A stretch of 64,000 bases of DNA from a virus. The DNA lies in the IMG/VR virus record IMGVR_UViG_3300025711_000007, positions 15,785 to 79,784 of that record. One strand, written 5' to 3'. Of this stretch, positions 8,532 to 18,147 are shown piece by piece. Under the pieces are notes generated by a model, which saw only the letters and a program-made list of their open reading frames with translations, searched no databases and had not been told where the DNA came from. Both the position numbers and the translations under genes were made by a program. Within the stretch, counting starts at the first letter, position 1; every line of letters starts with the position of its first letter.

Positions 8532-9980
8532 GTGCCGTCCGTCAGCCTCGACGCGATGTTCGGTGACGGAGGGGCGGACCTGGGCGGCGACGTCGTCGCC
8601 AAAGCCCAGGTCCGGTTCCGCGTCCGGCCGCCGGCGCACCCGGCGGCGCAGGACGTCGTCGACCGCGTCGTGTCGGCGTACGACGAGCGGCTCGACATGA
8701 TCCTCGACGAGATCGTCGCGGTGATCCGATGTGCGAACTCGGAGCGTCCACCCACACCCGTCCTCGTGGTCGAGGGTGACCGCTCCACCCCGCGGGATCT
8801 CGTGGCGAAGGCCACGCCGCGCGCGCCGTTTCGTCCGGGGTCGCGAGGAGGCAAGTGGTACCGCGACAGCAAGGGCAACGTGCGCTACGGGGAGCCTCCC
8901 GAGGGGCGTTTCATGGGGAACGCCGGGACGGATGCCCCGATGCCGCACCTCGACCACTTCCGGCCTCGTCAGTTCATGGGCACCTTCGGCAGCGACCGGG
9001 AGCTGACCGGGTTCTTGGTCGAGCACGGGAGCAAGCACGGGTTCTCCGACAGCGAGCTCCGGTTCCTCAGCGCGTGGTACGGCACCAGCGACGGGGACGG
9101 CGGCGCCCTCTACGACGCGTTCCTCGAGTGCGCCGGCTTGACGCGAGAGGAGGCGGCGAACGACGTCACTAACCTCCGCTTCGGCAGCAAGCAGCTCACG
9201 TACGAGGAGGCGGTGTTCGAGTTCTTCGCGGCGCAGGGTGCGCTGTTCATGGGCGAGGAGCCAACCTCCCCGGACCAGGTGAAGGAGTGGCACGCCGTGT
9301 TGAACGACGAGATCAAGCCGCTGCTCGACGACGTGTTCGTCAAGTACGAAGGGATGAAGGATGACGAGTCCCTGCAGGAGCACTTCGCGGGCGAGTCCGG
9401 CCGGCAGCGTCGCCGGTTCTTCGACCACGCGCGTCGCTGCGCAGGTGACGTCGACGGGGTCTCCGACTCCGTCGTTGGTGACTGGGATCCGACCCGGGTG
9501 ACGGACACGGTCTTGATGGGTATGCAGGCTCTCGGCCTGATCGCCCGCCGCGCCAGGGCGGAGCACCACGCGTACGTCCACGGGCGCCCTCACCTCCGCG
9601 ACGCGGTGGTCGTCGACGGCAGGTTGATCGCCAACGGGTCTGACAGCCCGCTTCTCGAGGGCGGCGGCAAGCTGGCCGAGCTGTCGTCCTCGCAGCTCAT
9701 GCTGCTCTACGTGGCAGCCGAGCTGCACCGCAGGTGGGACGCGCACGCGCGGTCGTTCTCGCCGGAGAAGCAGGCGGACGTCGGCGCCGGCGAGCTCGGC
9801 GAGGCGGTGTTATCCGCGCTCGCGGGGAAGACTCCGCGGTGGGCCGAGGTGTCGAGCGTGATCCGCGGGCGCCTCGCGGAGCTGGTCGACCTCGTGGTGT
9901 CGCGGCTCAACGCCGTCAACTCCCGCGAGGGTCTGCCCACCAAGCACGGGCCGGCGAAGCGGCGGCGAGGGTCGCGGTGA
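8532..9980 (+). CDS. Hypothetical head-associated protein
   Basis: Two N-terminal VAKA motifs followed by PGSRGGKWYRDSKGNVRYG and a helical domain. Confidence 0.75.
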   Translation: MPSVSLDAMFGDGGADLGGDVVAKAQVRFRVRPPAHPAAQDVVDRVVSAYDERLDMILDEIVAVIRCANSERPPTPVLVVEGDRSTPRDLVAKATPRAPFRPGSRGGKWYRDSKGNVRYGEPPEGRFMGNAGTDAPMPHLDHFRPRQFMGTFGSDRELTGFLVEHGSKHGFSDSELRFLSAWYGTSDGDGGALYDAFLECAGLTREEAANDVTNLRFGSKQLTYEEAVFEFFAAQGALFMGEEPTSPDQVKEWHAVLNDEIKPLLDDVFVKYEGMKDDESLQEHFAGESGRQRRRFFDHARRCAGDVDGVSDSVVGDWDPTRVTDTVLMGMQALGLIARRARAEHHAYVHGRPHLRDAVVVDGRLIANGSDSPLLEGGGKLAELSSSQLMLLYVAAELHRRWDAHARSFSPEKQADVGAGELGEAVLSALAGKTPRWAEVSSVIRGRLAELVDLVVSRLNAVNSREGLPTKHGPAKRRRGSR

Positions 9981-10387
9981 CCGCCGGCCCATTCATCCTC
10001 GAGATCGACCCCGGCGTCGAAGGCGACGTCCCGTCGCTCCACGCGCTGACGCCGGCGTCCGTGCTCGTGGTCCTGGGTCGAGAGGACCTCGAGCAGAAGC
10101 TCGCGGCCTTCGCCGACCCGGTCAGGAACAAGGTCGTGCGCAACGCGCCGAAGGACCGGCGATGGTACGTCGAGAAGATCCTCCCAGCGCTGCGGTTCTA
10201 CTGCGACAAGTACGACGTCGAGCAACCGAGCTGGCTGGTGGGCAACAACCACTGGGAAGGGATGCCGCGGGACGAGCAGGAGCGGCTGTTCGGGCCAGGG
10301 GACCTGCGGTTCCGAGAATTCCGACCCGTGAGCTGCCCGGACATCGCCGTCGTCCGCGACGGCGACGACGAGCAGGAGCCCGCGTAG
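9977..10387 (+). CDS. Hypothetical protein
   Basis: GTGA overlap with upstream stop; globular composition from 9977 onward. Confidence 0.7.
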   Translation: MTAGPFILEIDPGVEGDVPSLHALTPASVLVVLGREDLEQKLAAFADPVRNKVVRNAPKDRRWYVEKILPALRFYCDKYDVEQPSWLVGNNHWEGMPRDEQERLFGPGDLRFREFRPVSCPDIAVVRDGDDEQEPA

Positions 10388-11334
10388 TGGCTCCCCGCAT
10401 TCTGTCGCCGCTGCAGCGCCGGCGCATCCAGCAGGCGATCCGCGACGGCCACCTCGCGTTCCTGGCGGAGGTGTTCGGACCCACCGCGATCGACGCGGAC
10501 GACTACGACCGGCTGCGCGCCGCCGGCAAGATCCGAGGCGAGAGGCTGATGCCGCAGGACGCCGCGCTGGCCGCCCACGCGATCGGGGCGATCGCCGGGC
10601 ACGAGCAGGCGGATGGTCCGTCAGGTGACGGCAGCTTGCTGTCCGCGCCGGACGAGTTCTGGCAACACGTCCGCGACGACCCGCAGGTCATCACGGAGGC
10701 CGAGCGCGAGGCCGTGACGGTGATCCGCGACCGGGTCGCGCAGTACGTGCGCGGGCTCGGCGACGGCCTCGACGCCGCGGTCGGCCACATACTGATCGAC
10801 GTCGACGACGAGGCCCGGAAGGTGCGGTTGGTCCGAGGGGCCGCAGACGAGCGGGCGTCCAAGCAGGTGGTGATCGAGCGGGTCCGGGTGGCGATCAACA
10901 ACCTCCGGCGGGACTGGCTCCGCGTCGCCCACACCGAGCTGCACAACGCGGCCGAGTCGGCGAAGGCGGTCGTGCTGGCGGGTCGCGACCCGGCGGTGTT
11001 CAAGCGCCCGCACCCGGACGCCTGCGCGTTCTGCAAGCTGCTGTACTTGAAGCCCGACGGTTTGACGCCGCGCGTGTTCAGGTTGTCCGCGCTCATCGCG
11101 AACGGCACGAACGTAGGTCGGCGAGCTCGCCGGCCGACGAGGTCGGGCAGGTCCCGCACGGAGTGGAAGCCCGTCCTCGGGGCGGTGCACCCGTTCTGCC
11201 GGTGCTCCATGAGCGTCCTGCCTGGTGGCATGGGCTTCGACGCCCACGGCCAGATGGTGTACGTTGGCGTCAAGAAGTCGGTGTCGGTCGAAGCGATCGA
11301 CAAGGATCTCGTCAACCACACCTGCGAGGAGTGA
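10387..11334 (+). CDS. MuF / SPP1 gp7-like minor head protein
   Basis: RDWLRVAHTELHNA, DACAFC and HPFCRC motifs. Confidence 0.85.
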   Translation: MAPRILSPLQRRRIQQAIRDGHLAFLAEVFGPTAIDADDYDRLRAAGKIRGERLMPQDAALAAHAIGAIAGHEQADGPSGDGSLLSAPDEFWQHVRDDPQVITEAEREAVTVIRDRVAQYVRGLGDGLDAAVGHILIDVDDEARKVRLVRGAADERASKQVVIERVRVAINNLRRDWLRVAHTELHNAAESAKAVVLAGRDPAVFKRPHPDACAFCKLLYLKPDGLTPRVFRLSALIANGTNVGRRARRPTRSGRSRTEWKPVLGAVHPFCRCSMSVLPGGMGFDAHGQMVYVGVKKSVSVEAIDKDLVNHTCEE

Positions 11335-11339
11335 CACAG

Positions 11340-11918
11340 ATGGCGCGCATCACAGGAACCGTATCGCGCAGCGTACCGCTCGACCCCGTCATCGGCCGCC
11401 CGCTGACCCTGTCCGGCACGTTCGACCTCTTCGTGTCGGGGGCCGAGCTGGCGCGCATCACGCCGACGCTCGAGTCGCTCATCGCCTCGGGCATCATGAC
11501 GAGCCACAACAGGTACCAGGAGAGCGACAGCCTCGTGGCCAACGTCACGGCCCCGATCGTCGACGTCGCGGCGAGCGGCACCGCGACGCCGGCCCCGCTC
11601 CAGACCATCTCGATCGCGGTCCCGGACGCCGCCGGCGACAACACGTACACGTACACGTCGGCGAAGAAGATCGAGGTCGTCGACGTCGTCGTCCACAAGA
11701 ACGGGGCCGGCGCCGGCAACACGATCCAGCTACAGGACAACGCCGCCGCCGCGATCTCCGACGCGATCGTCGCCGCCGTCGACAAGGCCGTCACCCGAGC
11801 AGGGACGCTGGACCAGACCAAGAAGGTCATCAACGCGGGCTCAACGTTCAAGCTCCTCGCCCACCGCGCGGCCGGGACGATGGCGTCCGAGGTGTACCTG
11901 GTCGTCATCCTCCGGTGA
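11340..11918 (+). CDS. Putative virion structural/decoration protein
   Basis: GAGG upstream; A/T/V-rich beta pattern; head module. Confidence 0.65.
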   Translation: MARITGTVSRSVPLDPVIGRPLTLSGTFDLFVSGAELARITPTLESLIASGIMTSHNRYQESDSLVANVTAPIVDVAASGTATPAPLQTISIAVPDAAGDNTYTYTSAKKIEVVDVVVHKNGAGAGNTIQLQDNAAAAISDAIVAAVDKAVTRAGTLDQTKKVINAGSTFKLLAHRAAGTMASEVYLVVILR

Positions 11919-11934
11919 GACGGGCGTCCGCCGC

Positions 11935-12795
11935 ATGAGCGAGTTCTCAGACCTCGTAATGCGCGAGAAGCCGCGGAAGCTCGGCAAGGCTCCGGGCGGC
12001 AAGAGCGGGGCTTTGCTCGCGTCGTACGAGGGAGGAGTCAAGGCGATCGTCAAGGTCACCAAGGACAAGCTGCCGAGCGGCCACCGCAAGCAGCGCGGCA
12101 TCCCGGCCGAGGCTCACCCGACGCGGGAGGTCGCGTTCTACAGCGCCGCGCTGATGCTCGGGTACGGAGAGCTCGTGCCGGAGACGGTGCTGACGAGCAA
12201 GGCTGTGCCAGGCGCGACGGCGTCGGCGCAGCTGTTCGTCCCCGCGCACCAGCTCCACGAGGTCGTGCCGGAGCTGAAGGACCTCGACGCGCCCGACTGG
12301 GGGCAGCACCTCGTCGAGGCGTGCGCCAGGGTACCGAAGGTGTTCTGGAAGCGGCTCCTCATCCTCGACATCCTCGGCGGGGTCCGCGACCGTCACGCGA
12401 ACAACATCGGCCTGCGCCTGCGCGTAGTCGACGACCAGCCGGTGTACAGGAACGTCGCTTGGGACAACGCGGTGTCGTTCGGCAAGACGTTTGATCGTTA
12501 CCACAACGTGTTCCACAAGCACTTGTTCCGGAGAGCTGTGGACCTCGGAGAAGAATGGCAATCTGTAGACAAGTTGACCCGCGCTGACCTGCGAGGAGCA
12601 GTCGGCATGTACTTGCAACCAGACGAGCTCGAGCATGCCTACCTGCGCGTGCGGTTCTTCCGCGACTACCCCTACCGATTGCCGTGGCGCGTCTGCAGCA
12701 AGGGCAACGACGACCCGCACGGTTTCCCCGACTACGAGACGTATTTCCGGTCGTGTGTCGGGGGCCCCCGACACACGGCACACGTCGCGGCATGA
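11935..12795 (+). CDS. PI3/PI4-kinase-like (HipA-superfamily) kinase
   Basis: Gly-rich loop, AIVK, REVAFY..A..LG..LVPETV, SAQLFV, LDIL...DRHANN, WDNAVSF. Confidence 0.8.
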   Translation: MSEFSDLVMREKPRKLGKAPGGKSGALLASYEGGVKAIVKVTKDKLPSGHRKQRGIPAEAHPTREVAFYSAALMLGYGELVPETVLTSKAVPGATASAQLFVPAHQLHEVVPELKDLDAPDWGQHLVEACARVPKVFWKRLLILDILGGVRDRHANNIGLRLRVVDDQPVYRNVAWDNAVSFGKTFDRYHNVFHKHLFRRAVDLGEEWQSVDKLTRADLRGAVGMYLQPDELEHAYLRVRFFRDYPYRLPWRVCSKGNDDPHGFPDYETYFRSCVGGPRHTAHVAA

Positions 12796-12828
12796 ACTTC
12801 GTGTATATTCAACCCGTGGTGACCCGAG

Positions 12829-13575
12829 ATGCGTGAGCGCGACCATGTCGACCGCCTCCTGGAGAGCGACGACTTCTGCGTGTGGACTCCCATCGACACC
12901 ACGCTGATAGAGAAGTCAGCCAAGGCGGGCGTCGACGTCGAAGCGACGCGCCCGATCGGCGGGTGGTGCTCGACGGAGAACATCGACAGGCAAGAGGAAG
13001 TGGTCGTTGCCAAGGGGCTCGACTTCTCCGAGTTCGTGCAGTTCGGGTACTTCAACGACAACCACCGGCAAGACACCGCGTCGGTGCTCGGGTACCCGAG
13101 GCTCGCCAAGCTCCACAAGGCGGGGTGGTGGACCGAAGGTAACCTGCTGCCTGGTTACCCGCCGGCGGACCGCGTGTGGGAGCTGGCCAAGGCGCTCGCG
13201 AAGTCGCGGGCCCCCCGCAGCCTCGGGTTCTCCATCGAGGGCAAGGTGCTGGAGAGGGACGGAGGATCGCGCATCGTGAGGGCGAAGGTGCGCAACGTCG
13301 CCATCACCAACGCTCCGGTCAACACCGACTGTACGTGGTCCATCTTGTCAAAAGCGTTCTCCTCGGCGGGCCGGGTGGAGACCGCGGCTCGCAAGGCTAT
13401 GGCAGAAAACCGGACGATGGGGCAGAGTCAGGGGGGCCACAGCGTGAGCAGCATCATCCACCAGCGCAACGTGGTCCTCAGCTTCGACGAGGCGGTCGAC
13501 CGCGTGCGGAGGATCCACCCGCACCTCAGCAAAAGCGCGTGCGCGCGCGTTGTCCGCTTCGCGGCGCGTCGCTAG
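12829..13575 (+). CDS. Prohead protease (HK97-type)
   Basis: STENIDRQEE, GYFNDNH (His), GFSIEG (Ser), NVAITNAPVN. Confidence 0.92.
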   Translation: MRERDHVDRLLESDDFCVWTPIDTTLIEKSAKAGVDVEATRPIGGWCSTENIDRQEEVVVAKGLDFSEFVQFGYFNDNHRQDTASVLGYPRLAKLHKAGWWTEGNLLPGYPPADRVWELAKALAKSRAPRSLGFSIEGKVLERDGGSRIVRAKVRNVAITNAPVNTDCTWSILSKAFSSAGRVETAARKAMAENRTMGQSQGGHSVSSIIHQRNVVLSFDEAVDRVRRIHPHLSKSACARVVRFAARR

Positions 13576-13587
13576 GAGATCCGAACC

Positions 13588-13920
13588 ATGCCTGCCACCA
13601 AGAACACGTTCTCGCCGCGCCCCTGGCAGAGCCAGCAGGACGGCAACGTCCACACGGGCGTCGTGTCCGTCACGGGGTCCGCCGTGGTTGACCTCGGGAT
13701 CGGTCACGGCAACTTCGTCCCCTGCGTCAGCTTGCAGGGTTCGACGGCGGCGATCGCAAACGCGGCGGCCAACGTGACGTGGTCGTACGGGCCGCAGCCG
13801 GGTCAGTTCACGATCTCCACGTGGAAGGCGACCGCCGCCGGCACCACCACGTTGATCGCCGCCACCGCGGCGGTCAGCGTGTCGTTCATCGCGTTCGCCG
13901 ATAGTTCGGCGGGAATTTAG
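13588..13920 (+). CDS. Putative virion structural protein
   Basis: AGGAG SD; small beta-rich protein between protease and scaffold. Confidence 0.65.
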   Translation: MPATKNTFSPRPWQSQQDGNVHTGVVSVTGSAVVDLGIGHGNFVPCVSLQGSTAAIANAAANVTWSYGPQPGQFTISTWKATAAGTTTLIAATAAVSVSFIAFADSSAGI

Positions 13921-13934
13921 AGAAGGAGACGGAT

Positions 13935-14288
13935 ATGGGTAAGAACAACGTCATCCCGAACTTCGCCGACGTGCAATTGGCGAAGGTGAACAGGAACGAG
14001 TCCCTCACCGTGCCAGACACCATCCAGGCGGCGTCTCCCAGCGGGATCTCGTCGGGGTTGTCGCCGGCGACGCTGTTCGACAGCAAGCGCGCCACTGTCG
14101 GCGGCGCCATCTACGCTGCCTACAGCGACGCAGCGGGGCCCGCGAGCGACGACTTCCAGTACAACCTCAACCCCGGCGACGTGGTCGCGGTGAGCAACGC
14201 CGCCTCGGCGCTCGTGACGGTTAACGGGAACCTCGTCTACACGATCGCGAACACCAACGTCGCCGGCGTCCTCCTCTACTACGTGTAG
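13935..14288 (+). CDS. Putative virion structural protein
   Basis: AAGGAG SD; small beta-rich protein. Confidence 0.65.
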   Translation: MGKNNVIPNFADVQLAKVNRNESLTVPDTIQAASPSGISSGLSPATLFDSKRATVGGAIYAAYSDAAGPASDDFQYNLNPGDVVAVSNAASALVTVNGNLVYTIANTNVAGVLLYYV

Positions 14289-14336
14289 AGGACCCGTCCG
14301 ACCGCCGCCTCCTCCATCGCGCGTTAAGGAACTGAC

Positions 14337-15347
14337 ATGGCAAAGACCAAGATCGCTGAGGGCAAGCTCCTCAAGGCCATCGCCGAGCTCGAGGCGGTCA
14401 CGAAGGGTGACCCGCTGGAGGAGGCGGACCCCGAAGGCGGGTTGTCCACCGAGGGTGAGCCGCTCTCCGACGGGGCTCCTCGCGGGCGCGGCGACGCGAC
14501 CAAGAAGTCGCGCCGGGCGAGCGCGAGTTCCCCGTTCGGGTCCAGGTCGTCGAGCTCGGCGTCTTCGGACGCGAGCTCGGACGATGGCGACGACGCCGAC
14601 GCGATGTCGCCCCAGAAGCCCATCCCGAAGAAGGGAAAGAAGGTCAGCAAGGCCGCCCCGCCGCCGGCCGAGAGCAGCGAGTCGGACAGCGACGACGACT
14701 CCAGCGCCGGGTCCAGCGACTCCGACGATTCCGACGATGCGGACAAGTCGTTTCGCGACGCGGCCGAGGGCGACGAGGTGATGTCCAAGGGGCTCGTCGT
14801 CAACGAGTTCCTGGAGGCGATGGTCGACCAGATCAGCCTGGCGCTGTTCAACGTCCAGAAGTCGATGGCGAAGTCGCTCAAGGCGATGGAGCAGCGTCTC
14901 CAGTCCCACATCGACGACCGCGTCGCCAAGAGCGCGGCGGGTCAGGGCGACTTCAATGCCCGCCTCGCGAAGGCGGTCGCGGCGATCGGCAACACCGTGC
15001 AGGGCGAGCTGCTCGGCATGGCGGACATGGTCAAGTCGATGGCCAACCAGCCGGTGTCCGGCCCGCGTGGCAAGGCGGTGCTGAGCAAGGGAGAGGTCAA
15101 CGCGCCGCCGTGGAGCGGGCCGTCGGCAGTCAACGCCGACCAGCGGATGGCGAGCGGGTCGGGCGGGGACTACGTCGCGGAGCTGAGCGAGCTGTCCCCC
15201 GAGGCGATCGGGGACTGGCTGTTCAAGAAGTCGGCGAGCCAGGCCGTGGACCCGCGGGTCATCATGGCCTGGGAAGCGGATCGCTACAACGTCGAGGTGT
15301 TGCCTGTGCAGATCCGCAAGGCCATCGCCAACGACCTCATCAAGTAA
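14337..15347 (+). CDS. Capsid scaffold-like protein
   Basis: Directly before capsid gene; acidic/Ser-rich disorder plus coiled coil; dense x-x-K-[SAG] motifs. Confidence 0.75.
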   Translation: MAKTKIAEGKLLKAIAELEAVTKGDPLEEADPEGGLSTEGEPLSDGAPRGRGDATKKSRRASASSPFGSRSSSSASSDASSDDGDDADAMSPQKPIPKKGKKVSKAAPPPAESSESDSDDDSSAGSSDSDDSDDADKSFRDAAEGDEVMSKGLVVNEFLEAMVDQISLALFNVQKSMAKSLKAMEQRLQSHIDDRVAKSAAGQGDFNARLAKAVAAIGNTVQGELLGMADMVKSMANQPVSGPRGKAVLSKGEVNAPPWSGPSAVNADQRMASGSGGDYVAELSELSPEAIGDWLFKKSASQAVDPRVIMAWEADRYNVEVLPVQIRKAIANDLIK

Positions 15348-15367
15348 GTAGAAGGGAGGCGCCCGAA

Positions 15368-16768
15368 ATGATCTCGATGAAGGACTACGAGGGTTACCAC
15401 GGCTTCGGGCAGCTCGCCCAAGTCGAGGTTGACGAGCTGAGCAAGGCGCTCAGCTCTGGTTACCAGAATCCGCCCGTCTCCGGCTCCAACGCGCTGCGCG
15501 TCGAGTCGCTGGAGCAGACGCTGCGGATCCTGACGTTCACGCAGGCGCACGTCCAGTTCTGGCGGGACATCCCGAAGCTGCCCGCCTTCTCGACGGTCGA
15601 GGAGTACAACGTCCAGACGTCGTACGGCTCGGAGGGTGGCATGTTCACCCGCGCCGGCGAGCTGCCGCAGGTCCAGGACGCGTCGTACGAGCGCCGCACG
15701 GCGCTCGTGAAGTACGTGACCACGCAGCGCGAGGTCGACCACCCGACGACGCTCGTCCGGCCCGCCCACGGCAACGTGGTCGCGCAGGAGACCCAGAACG
15801 GCGGCGTCTGGATCCTGGAGCGCGTCGAGCGCGCCCTGTACACGGGCCGCAGCGACGTCATCACCGAGGCGTGGGACGGTCTCGACCAGCAGATCCGCAG
15901 CGACCCGAGCGCGGCGAACGTGGCGATCATCGACCTCCGCGGCGGCATCTTGACGGAGGACAACGTCGAGGACGCCACCAACCGCGTCATCGAGAACTAC
16001 GGCGTGCCGACCGACCTCTACGCCGCGCCGAAGGCGCTGTCGTCGATGGTCAAGCAGTTCTACCCGCGCGAGCGGTTCAACATGCCCGCGCCGGTCGACG
16101 GCGTCGTCGGCATGTCGGTCAACCGGATCCGCACGCAGGCGGGCCTGATCAACCTGAAGGGCAACATCTTCCTCCGCTCGGGGAAGAACAACTCGGTGAA
16201 GAACGCGCCCGCCGCGGCCAACTCGGTGCGGGCCCCGGTGGTGCCGAGCGCCTCGGCCGCGAACACCGCCGGCCCGATCGCCGCGTCGCTGTTCGGGGCC
16301 GGAGACGTCGGCACGTGGCGCTACCGCGTCACCGCGGTCAACCGCTTCGGCGAGTCCGCCGCCAGCACCGTGACGACCGCGGCGATCGCCGCCGCGCTCG
16401 ACGAGATCACGGTGACGATCACCAACAACGCCGACAGCAGCGACCCGACGACCGGGTACAACATCTACCGCTGCCCGACGGTGGGCGGCGGGGTGGGCAC
16501 CGAGCAGTACCTGACCCAGGTGCCGCGCGTCGCCGGCGCGGCGACGACGGCGTTCGTCGACGCGAACCGCTTCCTGCCGAACACGAGCCGCGCCTACCTC
16601 AAGCAGATGAACCTGCAGGCGATCTCGTTCCGCCAGCTGGCGCCGATGATGAAGATCCCGCTGGCGACCATCGCGCTCAGCATCCGGTGGGCGATGCTCC
16701 TGTACGGGATGCCGATCGTCTACGCGACGCGCAAGTTTACGATCTTCGACAACGTCGGCGACGAGTAG
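15368..16768 (+). CDS. Major capsid protein (A511 Cps-like) with Ig/FN3-like insertion
   Basis: GGGAGG SD; LSKALSSGY...ALRVESLE, STVEEY, PTDLY, YRVTAVNRFGES, QLAPMMKIPLA...LLYG. Confidence 0.93.
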   Translation: MISMKDYEGYHGFGQLAQVEVDELSKALSSGYQNPPVSGSNALRVESLEQTLRILTFTQAHVQFWRDIPKLPAFSTVEEYNVQTSYGSEGGMFTRAGELPQVQDASYERRTALVKYVTTQREVDHPTTLVRPAHGNVVAQETQNGGVWILERVERALYTGRSDVITEAWDGLDQQIRSDPSAANVAIIDLRGGILTEDNVEDATNRVIENYGVPTDLYAAPKALSSMVKQFYPRERFNMPAPVDGVVGMSVNRIRTQAGLINLKGNIFLRSGKNNSVKNAPAAANSVRAPVVPSASAANTAGPIAASLFGAGDVGTWRYRVTAVNRFGESAASTVTTAAIAAALDEITVTITNNADSSDPTTGYNIYRCPTVGGGVGTEQYLTQVPRVAGAATTAFVDANRFLPNTSRAYLKQMNLQAISFRQLAPMMKIPLATIALSIRWAMLLYGMPIVYATRKFTIFDNVGDE

Positions 16769-16774
16769 TATCAT
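16746..16774 (+). promoter_or_regulatory. Candidate promoter for 16783 gene
   Basis: TCGACA-N17-TATCAT, ATG 8 nt after -10. Confidence 0.4.
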
Positions 16775-16782
16775 CGTCTGCG

Positions 16783-17298
16783 ATGGTGATCGCAGACGAT
16801 GATAAAGATGATAAGCCGGTGACGTTGTTGGTCCGTCAGTTGACCGACCGGATCCGCCGGCGCGGGTCCGACCAGCTGGTCAACTTGCCGATCGTGGACG
16901 GGATCGACATCGGCGACGTGTACCCCGTCTGCGACGTCCTCCCGCAGGACCCGACCGACGAGCAGTTCGACGACCTCGCCGTCCGGGCGTCCTCCTTCAT
17001 GGAGGACGTCCACCGGCTGCACGTCGAGCAGCGGGCGGCGCGCGGCGACTCGATCGCGGCGGCGTGCGTGCCTCTCAGCATACCCATCTTCCACCGAGGA
17101 CGTCTCCGGGAGGCCAAGGCGGCGGACGCGGCGCCGCAGCAGATGGCGAGCATCAAGGAGCGGGAGACGCTCTGCATATTCCACTTGCGCGTCCCGCTGT
17201 GGCGCGGGTACACGTGGGCCGGGCAGGCCGCGGCGATCGACGTCGTCGCTCGCCGGCACGGTCTCCGCTGCGTTGACCAGGGCCGCATCCCCGAGTAG
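16783..17298 (+). CDS. Hypothetical protein
   Basis: Only plausible ORF between capsid and next gene. Confidence 0.6.
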   Translation: MVIADDDKDDKPVTLLVRQLTDRIRRRGSDQLVNLPIVDGIDIGDVYPVCDVLPQDPTDEQFDDLAVRASSFMEDVHRLHVEQRAARGDSIAAACVPLSIPIFHRGRLREAKAADAAPQQMASIKERETLCIFHLRVPLWRGYTWAGQAAAIDVVARRHGLRCVDQGRIPE

Positions 17299-17321
17299 CC
17301 GGGCGCGCCCGCATTCGGCAG

Positions 17322-17351
17322 TTGACCGGGCCCCCGGGACCGGCCGATCAT
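17322..17351 (+). promoter_or_regulatory. Candidate leaderless promoter
   Basis: TTGACC-N18-GATCAT, ATG 7 nt after -10, no SD. Confidence 0.45.
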
Positions 17352-17358
17352 CGCGGGC

Positions 17359-17799
17359 ATGCCGCTCGCCAACGCCGCGATGGTCGACATCCTCAAGCTG
17401 CTGCTCAACAACACGACGTGGGCCGGGATCGGCGACACCACCGGGATCGTCGGGTCCGGCGCGGCGGGGTCGCTGTTCCTGAGCCTGCACACGTCGACGC
17501 CCGGCGCGGCCGGGGACCAGACCACGAACGAGATCAGTTACACCGGGTACGCGCGCGTCGCGGTGGCGCGGACGTCCGGCGGCTGGGTCGCCACGTCCAA
17601 CCCGGCGACGCTGGCGGCGACCGTGAGCTGGCCGCAGATGACCGCCGGCACCGGCGGCACGGCGACGTTCGTCGGGCTCGGCAAGTCGTCGAGCGGGGCC
17701 GGCGAGCTGATAGCGTTCGGGGCGATCTCCCCGACCATCCCGGTGAGCAACGGCGTCACGCCGCAGCTCACCACGGCGACCACGTTCACCCTGTCCTGA
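17359..17799 (+). CDS. Virion structural protein (fibre/collar-associated)
   Basis: LSLHTSTPG...NEISYTGYARVAV motif common in phage structural proteins. Confidence 0.75.
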   Translation: MPLANAAMVDILKLLLNNTTWAGIGDTTGIVGSGAAGSLFLSLHTSTPGAAGDQTTNEISYTGYARVAVARTSGGWVATSNPATLAATVSWPQMTAGTGGTATFVGLGKSSSGAGELIAFGAISPTIPVSNGVTPQLTTATTFTLS

Positions 17800-17811
17800 A
17801 GGAGGATTTTC

Positions 17812-18144
17812 GTGGCGATATTCATCGACCAGATGGTGGTCCACGTCGTCGGGTCCGGCGACGACACCCGCCCGCCGGGGATCACCGGGGACTCGTGGTG
17901 TCACGCGGTGTCCACCACGGACCTCCTCGAGCTGGAGCTGTTCTTGACCACCAACGCGGCCACGATCCTGTGCCCGCCGACCAACATCAGGACCCCGCTG
18001 CTCGGCAGCCGGCAGACCTACGTCGGCCTCAACCAGGTGCAGCTCGCCGCGGCGATCGCCGCCGGTGCGTCGCCGCGGCGCCAGATCACGACCGCGACCT
18101 CCGGGTTCGACTCCCCGGGGACCACCCCGTACTACGAGCCGTGA
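17812..18144 (+). CDS. Divergent DUF4031-like protein
   Basis: AAGGAGG SD; AIFID...WCHAVS..LLEL...AAIAAGA parallels DUF4031 pattern. Confidence 0.55.
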   Translation: MAIFIDQMVVHVVGSGDDTRPPGITGDSWCHAVSTTDLLELELFLTTNAATILCPPTNIRTPLLGSRQTYVGLNQVQLAAAIAAGASPRRQITTATSGFDSPGTTPYYEP

Positions 18145-18147
18145 GCG

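Noticed and set aside
16200-16580. FN3/Ig-like segment in the capsid protein as a novelty
   Set aside because: A comparable insertion is typical of A511/Twort-type capsid proteins
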